NCBI GenBank assembly: GCA_039630575.1 | Contig: JBCNUW010000002.1 | Span: 76,668-140,667 of the forward strand | Length of the DNA: 64,000 bases | Reading direction: 5' to 3' | Source of the DNA: Candidatus Hydrothermales bacterium | Lineage (GTDB): Bacteria; Hydrothermota; Hydrothermia; Hydrothermales; JAJRUZ01 | In this document: positions 61,222 through 64,000 of the stretch, piece after piece | Layout: each line of letters opens with the position of its first letter | Numbering within the stretch: the stretch's first letter is position 1 | Program-made: the position numbers and the translations under genes | The notes under the pieces: generated by a model | What the model saw: the letters and a program-made list of their open reading frames with translations, nothing else | Databases searched by the model: none | What the model was told of the DNA's origin: nothing

Positions 61222-62795
61222 ATTCTTAAAGGTGCGGTTATACCCATAGAGTTTAAGGTAAATTTTAATAAATTTTTGAGAGATTTTACAAGAAAAAGTC
61301 TTTTTTGTGTTCTATATGAATCTTTTTCATCAACAATTCTTTCAGATTGATAAAAGGAATGAAAAAGAGAGGAAATTTCAATCAACTTGTTAGGAAGAAT
61401 ATGGGTGTAAAAGTTTTTGGAAATTTTATGGTAAATATTCTGGATCAAAAAGATTTTCTTTAAAATCTCTCTTTCTTTTTTATCAACATCAAATTTTTTT
61501 GGAATTTTAAAATTATTAAAACCCTTTTTAATTGCAAATTCAATAACCTGATTTGCTCTTGCATGGGCATACTGAACATAATATAGTGGATTATCAATAC
61601 TCATTTTTTTTGCCACTTCAAGATCAAAATCAAGTGGTGATGAAGGTGCGCGTAAAAGTAAAAAAAACCTTGCGGCATCTTTACCAACCTCTTTAATCAA
61701 ATCATCAAGAGAATAAATTTCACCCTTTCTTTTGCTCATCCTAACAATTTCATTTCCTCTTTTTAAATTTACCTGTTGAACAATTAGAACTTTAAAATTC
61801 TCAAAAGATAAAACCTTTAAAGCACTTTCCATCCTTTTTATGTAACCGTGATGATCAGGGCCCCATAAATTAATTAAATAAGTGTAACCTCTTTTTATTT
61901 TTGAAAGGTGATAGGCTATATCGATAGCAAAATAAGTATATTCTCCATCTGATTTTACAAGAACTCTGTCTTTTTCGTCGCCAAAAATTGTGCTTTTAAA
62001 AAATAAGGCACCGTTCTCCATATAGGTGTAATTGCTTAATTTTTTTAAAACTTCATTTACAAAACCACTTTTTCTTATTTCACTTTCATAATAAAAATTT
62101 TTAAATTCTGTTTTAAACCTTTTTAGTGATCTTTTTTGCATTCTTATTATTTCTTTTAAAACAAATTCTCTTATATTTAAGTTCAAATTTTTTTTAACAT
62201 ATTGCATAGCTAATTTTTTTAAATATTCACCGTGATAACCCTCTTCAGGAATTTGAAAATCTTCTCCCTTTATCTCTTTAATTCTTTCTAGCATAGAAAT
62301 CTCAAGTAGGTCAATTTGTTTTCCCTCATCATTACAATAGTATTCAGAATCACATTCAAATCCTGTGATTTTAAAGGATTTGCAGAGTAGATCTCCTATA
62401 CAAGCAGCCCTTGCATTTGCCACATTGAGGGGACCTGTTGGATTTGCTGAAATATACTCAATTAAAACTTTTCCATCTTTTTTTCCTCCCCTAAAGAACC
62501 TTGATGGATTTTTAAATAAAATTTTAATAGAATCAATCAAAAGTTTATCACTAATTTTTATATTAATAAATCCATTTATAAATTCTACTTTTTCAAAAAA
62601 ATCTATTTCTCTGAGATCTTTCAGTATTTTTTCAACTTTTGTTTTGCCTTCACTTAGAATTTCAAAGGCAGGAAAAGAAATATCAGCATCAATTCCCTTT
62701 ACCTCTGGTTCAAAAACTTCTAAGTTAATCTTTTTTTCTAAATTATTTTGAACTATTTTCTTTATAAGATCTTCAACCTCTAAAAGTCGTGTCAT
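61218..62795 (-). CDS. argS: Arginine--tRNA ligase with non-canonical HIGH motif (NVAN)
   Basis: EYISANPTGPLNVANARAACIGD aligns with the ArgS SANPTGPLHxGHAR box. YCNDEGKQI, DHHGYIKRM and MSKRKG (KMSK) are present. 525 aa. Confidence 0.8.
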   Translation of the reverse strand: MTRLLEVEDLIKKIVQNNLEKKINLEVFEPEVKGIDADISFPAFEILSEGKTKVEKILKDLREIDFFEKVEFINGFINIKISDKLLIDSIKILFKNPSRFFRGGKKDGKVLIEYISANPTGPLNVANARAACIGDLLCKSFKITGFECDSEYYCNDEGKQIDLLEISMLERIKEIKGEDFQIPEEGYHGEYLKKLAMQYVKKNLNLNIREFVLKEIIRMQKRSLKRFKTEFKNFYYESEIRKSGFVNEVLKKLSNYTYMENGALFFKSTIFGDEKDRVLVKSDGEYTYFAIDIAYHLSKIKRGYTYLINLWGPDHHGYIKRMESALKVLSFENFKVLIVQQVNLKRGNEIVRMSKRKGEIYSLDDLIKEVGKDAARFFLLLRAPSSPLDFDLEVAKKMSIDNPLYYVQYAHARANQVIEFAIKKGFNNFKIPKKFDVDKKEREILKKIFLIQNIYHKISKNFYTHILPNKLIEISSLFHSFYQSERIVDEKDSYRTQKRLFLVKSLKNLLKFTLNSMGITAPLRM

Positions 62796-63123
62796 ATTTT
62801 ATTTTTCTACTATTTTCATAAAGGGATTCAATATCATAGAAAGCTCTTGTTTTTTCATCAAAAATGTGAACTACTATATCTCCAGCATCAACAAGAACCC
62901 ACTTACCGTTTTCATAACCTTCAATATGGTGGATTTTGATTCCCCTTTTCTTTAATTTAGTCTCAATCTCTTCAGCAATTGCTCTGGCGTGGTCCTCTGA
63001 TAAAGATGTTGCCAAAATAAAATAATCACATATTCCCATTAGTAAATTTCTAACATCAATAATAAGAATATCCTCTCCCTTTTTATTATAAATAAGTTCT
63101 GATATATACTTTACTATTTCCAA
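62773..63123 (-). CDS. rsfS: Ribosome silencing factor RsfS (Iojap family)
   Basis: KGEDILIIDVRNLLMGICDYFILATSLSEDHARAIAEEI...DIVVHIF. Confidence 0.8.
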   Translation of the reverse strand: MEIVKYISELIYNKKGEDILIIDVRNLLMGICDYFILATSLSEDHARAIAEEIETKLKKRGIKIHHIEGYENGKWVLVDAGDIVVHIFDEKTRAFYDIESLYENSRKIKYDTTFRG

Positions 63124-63524
63124 ATTAAAAGTAAATCTTTAAAAATTTTTTTATAATCTTTACCAATCACAAGAGAAACATCGGTTAACTTCTGAGGATC
63201 AGGATCAAAATCTAACCTTTTGATGCCTGTAAATTTGGCTAAAACTTTTGCATACCTTTTATCAGGACTTACTCTCTCGATAATCACAGTTTTAGATAAA
63301 GTATCAGAAGCATTATCAAATCTTATAACATCGAATCCTCTTCTTCTTAATTCCATGGATATAACTCTTGCAAGGTGCATCTCTCCGGTGGCATTCAAAA
63401 CTTCAACCCTTACTTCTGATGGTTTTATGTTTTCTCTTTTAGAACAAGAAAGTAATGTTGTTAAGATCAAAAAAAGTATCTTAAACATCTTTAATTTTAA
63501 ATTCAAAACAGTTCTTTTTTCCAC
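63114..63524 (-). CDS. LytR_C (LytR/CpsA/Psr C-terminal) domain lipoprotein
   Basis: Signal/lipobox LLSCS. VRVEVLNATGEMHLARVISMELRRRGFDV is typical of the LytR_C domain. Confidence 0.55.
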   Translation of the reverse strand: MEKRTVLNLKLKMFKILFLILTTLLSCSKRENIKPSEVRVEVLNATGEMHLARVISMELRRRGFDVIRFDNASDTLSKTVIIERVSPDKRYAKVLAKFTGIKRLDFDPDPQKLTDVSLVIGKDYKKIFKDLLLIWK

Positions 63525-64000
63525 TTTTCTTCAATTTCTCTTTTTAAATTTTCATCTTCAGCTAATATGAAAGCCCTTTTAAAATAAAGATCCTTTTTTT
63601 CCCTGGAAGATATAACAGCTGCCCTCAAAAGCATCTTAGCTGCTTGATTTCTATTCACCTTAAAACTTTCAGCAGCCTTTTCATAAAACGAAATAGCTTT
63701 ACTATTATTTCCTTTAAATTCTTCTCTTTGAGCTAAAAAGTAATAAACATAGGGATCATCAGTAATATTTAATTTAACTAAGTAATCTATTAATGTATCA
63801 AGGAGAAAAATGTTTCTTTCAAAAATTGCTATCTCTCCAAGCTTTATAATTGCTTTGTAAGAAATTGAATCATTACCAGAGATCAAGTCTTTAAAGAATA
63901 CACTTGCCTCTTTTGTTTTACCTCTTTTAAGGTAAAAATCACCAAGTTTTAAAAAAAACTCTCTTCCAGTTTCATTATTTTTTATCTCAAAATCTTTTAG
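63503..64000 (-). CDS. TPR-repeat protein, partial (continues past the right window edge)
   Basis: The ORF-track start at 63886 is a TTG inside a longer open frame (...FFKDLISGNDSIS...). TPR-like helical content. Confidence 0.5.
   Translation of the reverse strand, partial: LKDFEIKNNETGREFFLKLGDFYLKRGKTKEASVFFKDLISGNDSISYKAIIKLGEIAIFERNIFLLDTLIDYLVKLNITDDPYVYYFLAQREEFKGNNSKAISFYEKAAESFKVNRNQAAKMLLRAAVISSREKKDLYFKRAFILAEDENLKREIEEKWKKELF

Overview
The window is a very AT-rich (roughly 30% GC by eye) bacterial chromosomal segment. Proteins are K/E/I-rich, and the 5S rRNA and tRNA are strongly GC-rich against that background, which is compatible with a thermophile. Most of the content is core genome. 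A contiguous minus-strand array runs from about 35.8 kb to 22.1 kb: rpsL-rpsG-fusA-tuf-rpsJ-rplC-rplD-rplW-rplB-rpsS-rplV-rpsC-rplP-rpmC, followed directly by mreB-mreC-mreD-mrdA-rodA. Other housekeeping genes are gyrA, purM, mdh, argS, ftsE, rsfS, a tRNA-Thr(GGT) and an orphan 5S rRNA, each RNA gene with a textbook TTGAAA-17-TATAAT promoter. There is an NAD-linked formate dehydrogenase module (NuoE/F fusion plus a Cys-type molybdopterin alpha subunit). There is also a very large double-ASKHA activase fused to a dehydratase-like domain. Several secreted proteins end in a type IX secretion C-terminal sorting domain. Upstream of them lie exbB-exbD-exbD-tonB, a SusC-like TonB-dependent receptor and a PorV/PorQ-like beta-barrel, all on one strand. 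This points to an FCB-superphylum-like lineage; the lineage assignment is inference only. The left end (0.3-4.0 kb) is the most accessory-looking part. It holds an McrBC-like type IV restriction pair with inverted gene order and an unusually long, unassigned N-terminal region on the McrB-like GTPase. A recurrent GGTTCAAWTCC sequence sits 21-35 nt upstream of the start codons of tuf, rpsL, mdh, exbB and a T9SS cargo gene. Other findings are a TsaC-LMW phosphatase fusion, a Cys4 insertion in EF-Tu, an ArgS with the HIGH motif replaced by NVAN, FtsE without a recognisable FtsX, a TGA-interrupted small ORF and a decayed zinc-ribbon/PEGA gene remnant. No CRISPR array, transposase or integrase was seen.
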